A stretch of 64,000 nt of DNA from Macrostomum lignano. Taxonomy: Eukaryota. The notes under the pieces were generated by a model. The model did not search any database. It was not told the DNA's origin and saw only the letters and a program-made list of their open reading frames with translations. Shown in pieces: positions 46,001 to 58,689 of this stretch; position 1 is the first letter of the stretch, and every line of letters begins with the position of its first letter. A program made the translations under genes and the position numbers. Location: assembly GCA_002269645.1 (NCBI GenBank), contig NIVC01000022.1, positions 372,001 through 436,000 on the forward strand. Direction: 5' to 3'.

Positions 46001-46804
46001 TGCATATTTATGTAGCTCATACGTACATTCCCCCAAATTATTGATCGCCCCACCCCATATCACACTCAATCGTGTATTGTACACTTTCACTCAGCTTATA
46101 AATGTCGACCTAGAGTATCTCACTCAAATATACCCTTTTCATTTTCATAGCTACAGTTGTCTCACTTACAGTAACTTTAATTTCAGTAAAAGTTTAGTAA
46201 AAGTGTAGCAGCTGCTGCTTGCTATTTCTTTTTGTTCTGAAGAAAACACTGGAATTAACTTGTCTCCTAGTTCTGACTGCCTCATCATCTGGAGATGTCT
46301 GTGGGCCAAATAGCTTATTGAAACAGAAAGAAAAGTCTGCAGCCAGAATATTGAATTCAATTTATTTTGAGCCACGAGCATATACATGTAAATACGCTCG
46401 TACAATGATAAGTGTGAAGATACACGCCCTGGTGTGAATTCAGCACAATATAGTATGCAAAAACATAATTTTCAGGTGTACACAGGTATGGACAGGTGAT
46501 AAAAATACTATTAATGAACCATAAGTGACAGAGAATGAACAGAAACGTAAATTCTACCTTGTTTTAGCATTTTCGTTGCTGCAGGATGGTTGCCATGTTC
46601 TCTCAGACCTTCTTGTTCTTCTTGTAGTACCTACCTGGTACTAAAAATCACTGTACTAATTAGCATACCTGTACACTATGCAGACAATGCGATAGGATTT
46701 CAACTATTGCTTTTTTGGACTTCTGTTGGGTCATAGATTCATGGGAAATCAATATTTTTTAGGGTATATTTCATTGACCAAACTCTCTCTTCAGGGGAGG
46801 CGTG
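43033..46804 (-). mobile_element. Full-length Chapaev DNA transposon (3772 bp)
   Basis: TIRs 43033-43354 and 46483-46804 (322 bp, 2 mismatches by eye), CAC...GTG termini, 4-bp TSD ACTG (43029-43032 and 46805-46808), and one intact transposase ORF. These are the hallmarks of the Chapaev superfamily. Confidence 0.88.
43874..45913 (-). CDS. Chapaev transposase (679 aa from the first ATG; open frame extends to 45982)
   Basis: N-terminal H-x7-C-x2-C...C-x2-C...C-x-C-x2-C (Chapa-type zinc finger), IDGGG (D1), CDFK (D2, D-x70-D), C-x2-C after D2, PELH, TPKMH...H, and SEQAVES (E, 221-225 residues after D2). No stops or frameshifts. Confidence 0.88.
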   Translation of the reverse strand: MPNNKRSHEENRRCVCILCFRKGDRPLTATLEALIECHVLPGFADHRGFLPLSICNSCRIKLMSQSSPAPTPLPPKMPYEQVIADLRCLPPLTRERPDCNCWVCHVGSSRANKNVAVYHPFMPDESAAGIATPLGRPPNKAPGPMEDSVVKRCETCSSPVARGLRHQCGQAAKLRYLDALSPYSREHVACGLLREKLGVATSSGSLATASLTSGTGGRPLQVQVAGTSTTEIASVQHSTMRAVKTALNLSTSQTLRAAQVIREASGSKKAVQSGLKEFLFAEGQSVAKFFTAEQRQFFRKQPNGQECVIERSVVFCRDVYAFLAHVSNSRGTAEMHQRVKLAIDGGGNSLKVCVSVTVDGRGCTSSAQFNRFMDSGVKKILILALVEDVKECYQNVSVLMSTIDISSINFTLACDFKLANIISGIQSHSSSHPCLYCEGRPPWEVPAQRRTLGSIRHLASEFQAAGGHQPLAKNFANCVQPPLLPGSDSAELLDVVPPPELHMMLGIVNRLLDALNASWGGNKAYEWAYEAGICRQQYHGGCLEGPACKKLLLKASELWSVLPPHLKLYATALQDFNAVREACFGQSLAADYSLYIARFQTTCRYLELSVTPKMHALFDHVPAFCGKYGKGLGSFSEQAVESAHSDFEATWQRYKRPLNHPQYSTCLLQSIINYNSFHI

Positions 46805-48245
46805 ACTGCAAAACCTACACAAACTACTGCAAAACCTACACAAACTACTGGCAAAATCTAAACAAACTACAGACAAAATCTAAACAAACCACTGCAGAAA
46901 CTACACAAACTACTGCAAAATCTACACAAACTACTGCAAAACCTACACAAACTACTGGCAAAATCTACACAAACTACTGCAGAAACTACACAAACTACTG
47001 CAAAATCTACACAAACCACTGCAAAATCTACACAAACTACTGCAGAAACTACACAAGCCACTGCAGAAACTACACAAACTACTGCAAAACCTACACAAAC
47101 TACAGGCAAAATCTAAACAAACTACTGCAGAAACTACACAAACTACTGCAAAATCTACACAAACCACTGCAGAAACTACACAAGCCACTGCAAAACCTAC
47201 ACAAACTACTGCAAAATCTACACAAACCACAGCAAAATCTACACAAACCACTGCAGAAACTACACAAACTACTGCAAAAACTACACAAGCCACTGCAAAA
47301 CCTACACAAACCACAGCAAAATCTACACAAACCACTGCAGAAACTACACAAGCCACTGCAAAACCTACACAAACCACAGCAAAATCTACACAAACCACTG
47401 CAGAAACTACACAAACTACTGCAAAAACTACACAAACTACTGCAAAACCTACACAAACTACAGGCAAAATCTAAACAAACTACTGCAGAAACTACACAAA
47501 CCACTGCAGAAACTACACAAACTACAGGCAAAATCTAAACAAACTACTGCAGAAACTACACAAACCACTGCAGAAACTACACAAACTACAGGCAAAATCT
47601 AAACAAACTACTGCAGAAACTACACAAACTACTGCAGAAGCTACACAAACTACTGCAGAAGCTACACAAACTACAGCAGAAACTACACAAACCACTGCAG
47701 AAACTACACAAAGCACTGCAGAAACTACACAAACTACTGCAAAAACTACACAAACTACTGCAAAACCTACACAAACTACAGGCAAAATCTAAACAAACCA
47801 CTGCAGAAACTACACAAACCACTGCAGAAACTACACAAACCACTGCAGAAACTACACAAAGCACTGCAGAAACTACACAAACCACTGCAGAAACTACACA
47901 AACCACTGCAGAAACTACACAAACCACTGCAGAAACTACACAAACCACTGCAGAAACTACACAAACTACTGCAGAAGCTACACAAACCACTGCAGAAACT
48001 ACACAAACCACTGCAGAAACTACACAAACCACTGCAGAAACTACACAAACTACTGCAGAAACTACACAAACTACTGCAGAAACTACACAAACCACAGCAG
48101 AAACTACACAAACCACTGCAGAAACTACACAAACCACAGCAGAAACTACACAAACCACTGCAGAAACTACACAAACCACTGCAGAAACTACACAAACCAC
48201 AGCAGAAACTACACAAACCACTGCAGAAACTACACAAACCACAGC
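46805..48245. repeat. Continuation of the 21-bp minisatellite, right of the transposon
   Basis: Matches 41154 onward at an offset of 5651 bp (1875+3772+4). Confidence 0.95.
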
Positions 48246-48594
48246 TATGTTGTTCCACAGCTTCCAGAAGTAGAAAATTTAGCCTGTGTATGCAGTTTGC
48301 ACACAATAGGTAGTTCTACAAAACCCGCTTATCTGACGGAGAATATCTTCATTCTAAAGAATAAGCCACGCTAGCAACAAACTGCCCCCGTTATTATCCT
48401 TTCTACCTTTCTAGCCTTCTGAAAAGCGTATCATTTACTTTTATACTGAATTTCTAACTCTATTTACTAAAAATGAAAACTCAAAGCTGTTTCTGCGAGT
48501 CATAAAAATGAATGCGCCTCACTAGGATGGCTTCCTGCAGCTGGGATGAAGGCGTCTTTGCTGAGTGAAGGGCATTCTGTACTTCTCTGGCACT

Positions 48595-49642
48595 CATGCG
48601 CCCTTTCTGGCTCTCCTGAGCCCTTTCTGCCCCCTCCCTTGCGCCTTTTCTGGCACCCCCGCGCTCTTTCTGGCACCCCTGCGCCCTTTCTGGCACCCCG
48701 CGCTCTTTCTGGCACCCCTGCGCTCTTTCTGGCACCCCTGCGCTCTTTCTGGCACCCCTGCGCTTTCTGACACCCCTGCGCCTTTTCTGGCACCCCTGCG
48801 CTCTTTCTGGCACCCCTGCGCCCTTTCTGGCACCCCTGCGCTCTTTCTGGCACCCCTGCGCTCTTTCTGGCACCCCTGCGCCTTTTCTGGCTCCCCTGCG
48901 CTCTTTCTGGCACCCCGGAACCCTTTCTGGCACCCCTGCGCCCTTTTTGGCACCCCTGCGCTCTTTCTGGCACCCCTGCGCCCTTTCTGGCACCCCTGCG
49001 CTCTTTCTGGCACCCCTGCGCCTTTTCTGGCTCCCCTGCGCTCTTTCTGGCACCCCGGAACCCTTTCTGGCACCCCTGCGCCCTTTTTGGCACCCCTGCG
49101 CTCTTTCTGGCACCCCTGCGCCCTTTCTGGCACCCCTGCGCTCTTTCTGGCACCCCTGCGCTCTTTCTGGCACCCCGGAACCCTTTCTGGCACCCCTGCG
49201 CTCTTTCTGGCACCCCTGCGCTCTTTCTGGCACCCCTGCGCCCTTTTTGGCACCCCTAAACCCTTTCTGGCACCCCGGAACCCTTTCTGGCACCCCTGAG
49301 CCCTTTCTGGCACCCCTGAGCCCTTTCTGGCACCCCTGAGCCCTTTCTGGCACCCCTGAGCCCTTTCTGGCACCCCGGAACCCTTTCTGGCACCCCTGAG
49401 CCCTTTCTGGCACCCCTGAGCCCTTTCTGGCACCCCTGAGCCCTTTCTGGCACCCCTGAGCCCTTTCTGGCACCCCTGCGCCCTTTCTGGCACCCCTGAG
49501 CCCTTTCTGGCACCCCTGAGCCCTTTCTGGCACCCCTGCGCCCTTTCTGGCACCCCTGAGCCCTTTCTGGCACCCCTAAACCCTTTCTGGCACCCCGGAA
49601 CCCTTTCTGGCACCCCTGAGCCCTTTCTGGCACCCCTGCGCC
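48595..49642. repeat. 20-bp minisatellite (CTTTCTGGCACCCCTGCGCC / ...GAGCC)
   Basis: Visible tandem copies. They explain the GVPERAQGCQK ORFs. Confidence 0.96.
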
Positions 49643-50214
49643 TTTATAGGTTTCCTGCAACCTACTATTCGAGAAGTGTCTAATACTGAAAGACCTGCTT
49701 TTAATCAATTAATTAAAGTCTACGCAGGCGCCAAAGCTGCCCCATTTGCAGGACAATTAGCAGTTGTTATTCACGTTTGAAAAACTCAAACAATTCTACA
49801 GTCTTGCGAGAGTCGGAGCGAGCGGGAAAAGTAAACAAGAGTTATTTTGCTTTATCCTGTTGCCTAGGATATTGAATTATGCAAATCAGACAGCTGGTAG
49901 CGCAGCCCTATCATTATTGCGCTGATCCGTACTTCCAACTTCCGGTCTGAAGATGAGAGTCTGTTTGAGCAGGAAGCTAATCAACAGAGAGATGTCGCAT
50001 TAAGTACAAGATATCCAAATTGACAACAATCATTTTTCAATTTAGAAAATCTTTCAATGCCACGAGGAGGCTGCAGGAGTCGCCTACTTTATATGCGGGA
50101 AACTCTGCTTTAGCAACAGGCAGCAAGAAGTTTCAGAGGGAAGCCAGCTTTGCAAGGTGTCGGGAAAGTAAACAATGTATCAGGTAGTATAATAAGGATT
50201 GTGCGTTGGGGAGG

Positions 50215-50652
50215 ATGTGGTAATGTCAGTGAGGATGTGGGGTGTCAGTGAGGATGTGGGAATGTCAGTGAGGATGTGAGGGTGTCAGTGAGGATGTGGG
50301 AATGTCAGTGAGGATGTGGGGATGTCAGTGAGGATGTGGGATGTCAGTGAGGATGTGAGGGTGTCAGTGAGGATGTGGGGATGTCAGTGAGGATGTGGGA
50401 TGTCAGTGAGAATGGGGGATGTCAGTGAGGATGTGGGAATGTCAGTGAGGATGTGGGAATGTCAGTGAGGATGTGGGGATGTCAGTGAGGATGTGGGGAT
50501 GTCAGTGAGGATGTGGGGATGTCAGTGAGGATGTGGGGATGTCAGTGAGGATATGGGAATGTCAGTGAGAATGGGGGATGTCAGTGAGGATGTGGGGATG
50601 TCAGTGAGGATGTGGGGATGTCAGTGAGGATGTGGGGATGTTAGTGAGGATG
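50215..50652. repeat. 20-bp minisatellite (GTCAGTGAGGATGTGGGGAT)
   Basis: Visible tandem copies. Confidence 0.95.
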
Positions 50653-51064
50653 TTAGTAATAATATCAGTGGGGAAGTGAGGACAGCAATAGGAGGTTCGT
50701 ACTTTATTCGGTGAAAATAAAGAACATAGGAGTTTCAACAGAAAAAAAACCGGTAGTAGCAAAAAGCGGCCGTCTCTCTGCACTCATCTTTTTCAGGAGG
50801 AAGGGGACCCGCGACAAGCCAGTTCTGTTCACCGAGGCCCCGACAGCCAGATTGAGATTTTTTGTTTTTAAAAAAATCGAGCTTCAAGTTCGCAAACAGG
50901 GGTTTTTAAAAATCAAGTCTAAAAAGTAAAAATCTTGTTTAACTCGACACGGGCTTTGAACTGCAGGGGCGGAAAGGAGTTGATTTGAACTCAATAACAG
51001 GAACGGCTCAGGCAGGCTCAGAGAAAACAGAACAGCAAAAACGAGGAGTTGGCTAAAGCTACTT

Positions 51065-51430
51065 TTACTGAGAGTAAGAGAGGAGAGTAGAGAGGAGAGA
51101 GAGGAGAAGGGAGAGGGAGAGAGGAGAGGAGAGAGGAGAAATAGGGTATGAGAGTAGAGAGAAGAGGAAAGAGAGGACACAAGAGGAGAGATAAGAGAAG
51201 AGGAGAGATGGGAGGGGAGTGGGGAGAGTAGAGAGGAGAGGAAAGAGTAGAGAGGAGAGAGAGGAGAAGGGAGAGTAGAGAGAAGTAGAGATGAGATGGG
51301 AGAAGGGAGATGGAGAGAGTAGAAAGAAGAGGAAAGAGAGGAGCACGAGAGATAAGAGAAGAGAGATGAGAGATGAGGAGGGGAGGGGAGATGAGAGGAA
51401 TGTAAAGAGAAGCAGATGAGAAGGGAGAGA
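51065..51430. repeat. GA-rich low-complexity tract
   Basis: Almost purely purine on the + strand. Confidence 0.9.
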
Positions 51431-52164
51431 GGAGGGTAGAGAGAAGCAGAAGCAGAGGCAAAGGTAGTATCGCAGATGGGAGGGGTGGCCGTGGGGAGAG
51501 AGCTGAGAAGATACAATAATGAAAAGAGAGGTGCAGATTGAAGCAGGTTAGAAGCAGAGAAAAATACTCACGGAAGAAGTGTTTAAAAAGCATATTTGAG
51601 TCGGGAAAAGCTGATGGACACTCAGTGACGGATAAAGAAGCTTAAAAGCCACAAAAGCATTTTGTTAGCGTCTTTTAAAAGGCAGACAGAAAGTCGCTGT
51701 TGGCGGGGCAGCAGAGGGCCGCGGTATTAGGGAAAACGGAAGACTCTCACCATTAGGCAGGGAGCGGGCAGTTCCATCCGCATCTGCTCTGCCCCGCGCA
51801 GAGCAAACTTTTCATGCATAATAAATGCCGTAATTATATAAAAGTATGATTTAGCCTACCATAAGCATATTGCAACTCATACTAATGTATTTAATAAAAC
51901 TCCTGCGCATAAATATAACTTATGTTTACAAGGCATAAACCTATCTAAAGGCTATCTAAACGAGAGGCCTGGCTGGCAAAAGGCAGGCGAAACACTTCCT
52001 AATAGGGATAGCTAGTTATAACCTGTCCTGAATGGCGAGCGCAACGATACGATTAATTAAGATTATGTCAATCAATTCTAAGGTGCCCCAGGCTACTATT
52101 CTGTTAATCTGTAGTTCACCTCGTCCTTTAGGTCATTAGAACTTCATACTATGAATTGGAAGAT

Positions 52165-52720
52165 CATGACCCTGTCTTTACGGCAGTCATGACACTAGGG
52201 CAGTCATGACCCTGTGTTTAGAGCAGTCATGACCTGTGCTGTGTTTAGGGCAGTCATGACCCTGTCTTTAGGGCAGTCATGACCTGTGTTTAGGGCAGAC
52301 ATGACCCTGTGTTTAGGGCAGACATGACCCTGTGTTTAGGGCAGACATGACCCTGTGTTTAGGGCAGACATGACCCTGTGTTTAGGGCAGTCATGACCCT
52401 GTCTTTAGGGCAGACATGACCCTGTGTTTAGGGCAGTCATGACCTGTGTTTAGGGCAGTCATGACCTGTGTTTAGGGCAGTCATAACCCTGTGTTTAGGG
52501 CAGTCATGACCCTGTGTTTAGGGCAGTCATGACCCTGTGTTTAGGGCAGTCATGACCCTGTGTTTAGGGCAGTCAGGACTCTACGGCAGTCATAACCCTG
52601 TTTCGGGAGGTCATTACCCTGCTATGGGAGGTCCTAGCCCTGCTATGAGAGGTCATGGCCCTGCTATGAGAGGTCATGGCCCTGCTATGAGAGGCCATGA
52701 CCCTGTATTACTAGGCCATG
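52165..52720. repeat. 23-bp minisatellite (AGGGCAGTCATGACCCTGTGTTT) with a degenerate 20-bp tail
   Basis: Visible units containing the palindrome GTCATGAC. Confidence 0.92.
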
Positions 52721-53714
52721 GCCTCTCATAGCATTACTATTTTACTCATGTATTACTAGGCCGTGACTCCGGCTCATGGAATGTCATAAGCCCGAGGCTT
52801 CTGGGTCATAGCAAGAAAGAGTCATATATACTTGTCTTGCAGGTCAGTGTAAAGCACTAGGTCAGAGTCAATAACTGCAGACACGCGACATACTACTCTA
52901 AACTATGCACCAGTAAGGTATGAGCGCAAGCAAAAATAAGCAAGTCAAGTGGAAAAGTTAAATGCAAATTTATCAATATTGGCCAACAATAGGCTTCAAT
53001 GTAATAAAGCAGTGAGGAACACCGAGCTCACCATAACAGTAATATTCTGCAGCGTTATAGACTGACTCTATTGCCAATAGTTAACTATACAGAAATATAA
53101 TATTCGAAGGAGAAAATGGCGCACTTTAAGGACACTGGAAGCTGGACAACTAACCAAGGAAAGACAATTAAATTGTCAAATCTACCGAAAGCAGGGCTTA
53201 GTAAATTCTGGTAAAGCTAGTTACTATGCATACTAAATTATGCACATAGTAGGGCTCATAGCCTTTTATTCTGAACTACTCACAAATTATTGTCTAAAGC
53301 CAATTCCAAAATATTCGCATCGTATACTACTCAGAAAATGCGTTGAGTAGTGCGCTGTATGGTCCAAAACAATTCTACGAAATAAAAGCGACTTGAGCAA
53401 CGCACAATTCAGAAGAGTAGGCGGGGTTGAAAGCTTTCTCTCAGCTAAAATACAGCAAAAAAAGATAAAAAAACAGGTCGATCTAAAAGGAAACAAAACA
53501 ATGTCACCGAGAATCGCTGAAGCTTCTTTTCAAAACTATCGCAGCATAAGGAAATGATAAAATATGATGAAAAAATTCAGCAATCAAAATATGACTGAAA
53601 ATTTGCGCGGCTAAAATGGGACGATAAAATGGCATCTGACTCCCGGTTCTTGGGGGCGGATAGGGGGGGGGGTTCTTGGGGCGGATAGGGGAGGTTCTTG
53701 GGTGGATAGGTGAG

Positions 53715-54248
53715 CAGCGGTAATAGAGATGGATAAAGAGCGGAAGTAGATGGATAAAGAGCGGCAGTAGAGGTGGATAAAGAGGGGCAGTAGAGGTGGA
53801 TAAAGAGCGGCAGTAGGTGGATAAAGAGCGGCAGTAGAAGTGGATAAAGAGCGGCAGTAGGTGGATAAAGAGCGGGAGTAGGTGGATAAAGAGCGGCAGT
53901 AAAGTGTGGATAAAGAGCGGCAGTAAAGTGTGGATAAAGAGCGGCAGTAAAGTGTGGATAAAGAGCGGCAGTAAAGTGTGGATAAAGAGCGACAGTAAAG
54001 TGTGGATAAAGAGCGGCAGTAGAAGTGGATAAAGAGCGGCAGTAGGTGGATAAAGAGCGGCAGTAGAAGTGGATAAAGAGCGGCAGTAGAAGTGGATAAA
54101 GAGCGGCAGTAGGTGGATAAAGAGCGGGAGTAGGTGGATAAAGAGCTGCAGTAGGTGGATAAAGAGCGGCAGTAGAAGTGGATAAAGAGCGGCAGTAGGT
54201 GGATAAAGAGCGGCAGTAGGTGGATAAAGAGCGGCAGTAGGTGGATAA
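53715..54248. repeat. 21-24-bp minisatellite (GTGGATAAAGAGCGGCAGTA core) just 3' of the receptor gene
   Basis: Visible tandem copies. Confidence 0.94.
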
Positions 54249-54323
54249 GCAGCAACTCAAAACTCGGATGCTGATGCCAACAGAGGCCATTGAAAAGCCA
54301 GTTGGGTGCGCAGGACAATGGAT

Positions 54324-57300
54324 TCAATCTTGACCTGCAGCAGCCCCTAAAAGCCCCGCAGTCCGCTGCTTGACCCCCAGCGCTCCGAGTCGCTGGCCAG
54401 GTTCCGGGTGCCACAGCGCTGCCAGCAGGCCGTCAGCGAGGACGCGACAGACGGGACCGCCGGCCAGCCAGGCGTCAGCAGGCAGGGCGGGCCTGGCGCA
54501 CCGCGGCCGGCACACCAGCTGGCGCATGTCATCCAGGCTGGGATTGGCTGGCGCCCACTCGGCGTAGGGCAGACTGTAGGGCCCGAGGCAGCGCTGGCCG
54601 ACCTCCCACAGCACCAAGCCGAGGGCGTACAAGTCGGCCTGCTGGAGGTTCGCGAAGCTGCCGAGCGCCGGACCGCCGTCAAGGAGCTCTGGGCTCAGGT
54701 AGCGCACAGTGCCAACTCGCCTGCGGTTTCGCACAAAATCAAAGGATTGAAAACCCTTCCCACAACTTCATGGGAAAGATATACAATTGAACTCAATGGG
54801 GATTCAACTCCCACAATTGAACTCAATGGGGATTGAAATCCCACAATGTAACTCAATGGGGATGAAAATCCCACAATGTAACTTAATGGGGATGAAAATC
54901 CCACAATGTAACTCAATGTGGATTGAAATCCCACAATGTAACTCAATGGGGATTGAAATCCCACAATGTAACTCAATGGGGATTGAAATCCCACAATGTA
55001 ACTCAATGGGGATTGAAATCCCACAATGTAACTCAATGGGAATAAAATTCCACAATGAAACTCAATGAGGAATAAAATCCCACAGTGAAACTCAATGGGG
55101 ATTAAAATCCCACAATGTAACTCAATGGGGATTAAAATCCCACAATGTAACTCAATGGGGATTAAAATCCCACAATGTAACTCAATGGGGATGAAAATCC
55201 CACAATGTAACTCAATGGGGATTGAAATCCCACAATGTAACTCAATGGGGATTGAAATCCCACAATGTAACTCAATGGGGATTGAAATCCCACAATGTAA
55301 CTCAATGGGGATTGAAATCCTACAATGTAACTCAATGGGGATTGAAATCCCACAATGTAACTCAATGGGGATTGAAATCCCACAATGTAACTAACTCAAT
55401 GGGGATTGAAATCCCACAATGTAACTAACTCAATGGGGATTGAAATCCCACAATGTAACTAACTCAATGGGGATTGAAATCCCACAATGTAACTAACTCA
55501 ATGGGGATTGAAATCCCACAATGTAACTAACTCAATGGGGATTGAAATCCCACAATGTAACTCAATGGGGATTGAAATCCCACAATGTAACTCAATGGGG
55601 ATTGAAATCCCACAATGTAACTAACTCAATGGGGATTGAAATCCCACAATGTAACTCAATGGGGATTGAAATCCCACAATGTAACTCAATGGGGATTGAA
55701 ATCCCACAATGTAACTCAATGGGGATTGAAATCCCACAATGTAACTCAATGGGGATTGAAATCCCACAATGTAACTCAATGGGGATTGAAATCCCACAAT
55801 GTAACTCAATGGGGATTGAAATCCTACAATGTAACTCAATGGGGATTGAAATCCCACAATGTAACTCAATGGGGATTGAAATCCCACAATGTAACTAACT
55901 CAATGGGGATTGAAATCCCACAATGTAACTAACTCAATGGGGATTGAAATCCCACAATGTAACTAACTCAATGGGGATTGAAATCCCACAATGTAACTAA
56001 CTCAATGGGATTGAAATCCCACAATGTAACTAACTCAATGGGGATTGAAATCCCACAATGTAACTCAATGGGGATTGAAATCCCACAATGTAACTCAATG
56101 GGGATTGAAATCCCACAATGTAACTAACTCAATGGGGATTGAAATCCCACAATGTAACTCAATGGGGATTGAAATCCCACAATGTAACTCAATGGGGATT
56201 GAAATCCCACAATGTAACTCAATGGGGATTGAAATCCCACAATGTAACTCAATGGGGATTGAAATCCCACAATGTAACTAACTCAATGGGGATTGAAATC
56301 CCACAATGTAACTCAATGGGGATTGAAATCCCACAATGTAACTAACTCAATGGGGATTGAAATCCCACAATGTAACTCAATGGGGATTGAAATCCCACAA
56401 TGTAACTCAATGGGGATTGAAATCCCACAATGTAACTCAATGGGGATTGAAATCCCACAATGTAACTCAATGGGGATTGAAATCCCACAATGTAACTTAA
56501 TGGGGACGAAAATCCCACAATCCAACATGACAACATAATGGGGATTAAGACCTAAAAATCGGTTCAATGAGAATTAAAATTAAAGAGGCAGAAAGAGACA
56601 GACCTGTCCCCATCCCGCCGCAGCTCGTCAGTCTCCCTGACGGCCAGTCCGAAGTCCGCCAGGCAGCAGGTGAGGTCGGCCTTCACCAGAATATTATTCG
56701 ATTTCACGTCGCAGTGTGCGATGCCGGGCTTAACGAAACCGGCCGAGATGAGCTCGGTGTGCAGGTGGGCCAGGCCGGTCACAATGCTGTGGCACATGCC
56801 GGCCGCCACCCGACAGCTGATGCTGTGCTCCATCAGGTAGGTCTGGCCAATGAGAATGGGGCAGAGTGAATCTCAGCTCTGAGATTATCACTGACACATA
56901 ATCTCACACCTGTACCGATAGTCTGGGATTATCACTGACACGGATAATCTCACACCTGTACCGATAGTCTGGGATTATCACTGACACGGATAATCTCACA
57001 CCTGTACCGATAGTCTGAGATTATCACTGACACAGATAATCTCACACCTGTACCGATAGTCTGGGATTATCACTGACACAGATAATCTCACACCTGTACC
57101 GATAGTCTGGGATTATCACTGACAGATAATCTCACACCTGTACCCATAGAGTCTGAAATCATCACTGACACAGATAATCTCACACCTGTACCCATAGAGT
57201 ATGAGATTTTCACTGACACAGATAATCTCACACCTGTACGGATAGATTCTGATATATATTATCACTGACACAGATAATCTTACACCTGTACCCATAGAAT

Positions 57301-57877
57301 ATGAGATTATCACTGACACAGATAATCTCACACCTGTACCGACACTAAAAGGATATCAAATGACGGAGAATAGCTATGGCTATAAAGGGCGACCACCCTC
57401 ATCCCCCAACGCAGCCGCAGACCTGCAGGGACCCGTTGGCATGGTAATCGGTGATCAGCCACAGCTGAGTTTCCCAGCCGGCGTCCACGTTGTCAATAGC
57501 GATGAAGCCCAGGATGCTGGGGTGCGCCAGGCCAGGCGTGGCGTAGATCTCGCCTTCCCGAGACCAGGAGGCCTCCGCTCGGCTGTGAAAAATCTTCACC
57601 GCCACCGTGTCGCTGACCTCTCCGGTGCGCCACGTGCCCTGCGATGACAGACGGGAGCAATGGGATTTTGATGGACTTATGTCTGTCTGTCTGTCCGTCT
57701 GTTTTAGTGTCTGTCTGTCCGTCTGTTTTAGTGTCTGTCTGTCCGTCTGTTTTAGTGTCTGTCTGTCTGGCTGTCCGTCTGTTTTGTGTCTGTCTGTCTG
57801 TCTGTCTGGCTGTCCGTCTGTTTTAGTGTCTGTCTGTCTGTCTGTCTAGCTGTCCGTCTGTTTTAGTGTCTGTCTGT

Positions 57878-57908
<31 letters not shown>

Positions 57909-57913
57909 TTTAG

Positions 57914-57944
<31 letters not shown>

Positions 57945-58040
57945 CTGTCTGGCTGTCCGTCTGTTTTAGTGTCTGTCTGTCTGTCTGTCTGTTTTAGTGT
58001 CTGTCTGTTGTCTGTCTGTCTGTTTGTCTGTCTGTTTTAG

Positions 58041-58071
<31 letters not shown>

Positions 58072-58123
58072 TTTAGTGTCTGTCTGTTGTCTGTCTGTCT
58101 GTTTGTCTGTCCGTCTGTTTTAG

Positions 58124-58174
<51 letters not shown>

Positions 58175-58242
58175 TTTAGTGTCTGTCTGTCTGTCTGTTT
58201 TAATGTCTGTCTGTCTGTCCGTCTGTTTTAGTGTCTGTCTGT

Positions 58243-58276
<34 letters not shown>

Positions 58277-58426
58277 GCTGTCCGTCTGTTTTAGTGTCTG
58301 TCTGTCTGTCCGTCTGTTTTAGTGTCTGTCTGTCTGTTTTAGTGTCTGTCTGTCTGTCTGGCTGTCCGTCTGTTTTAGTGTCTGTCTGTCTGTCTGTCTA
58401 TCTGTCTGTCTGTCCGTCTGCTTTAG

Positions 58427-58457
<31 letters not shown>

Positions 58458-58550
58458 TTTAGTGTCTTTCTGTCTGTCTGGCTGGCTGTCTGTTTTAGTG
58501 TCTGTCTGTCTGTCCGTCTGCTTTAGTGTCTGTCTGTCTGTCTGTTTTAG

Positions 58551-58581
<31 letters not shown>

Positions 58582-58653
58582 TTTAGTGTCTGTCTGTCTG
58601 TCTGTTTTAATGTCTGTCTGTCTGTCTGTCCGTCTGTTTTAGTGTCTGTCTGT

Positions 58654-58689
<36 letters not shown>

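Noticed and set aside
54790-56535. CRISPR-like look: 30-bp palindromic repeat containing ATTGAAA
   Set aside because: Units are contiguous with no unique spacers, lie in a spliceosomal intron, and there are no cas genes.
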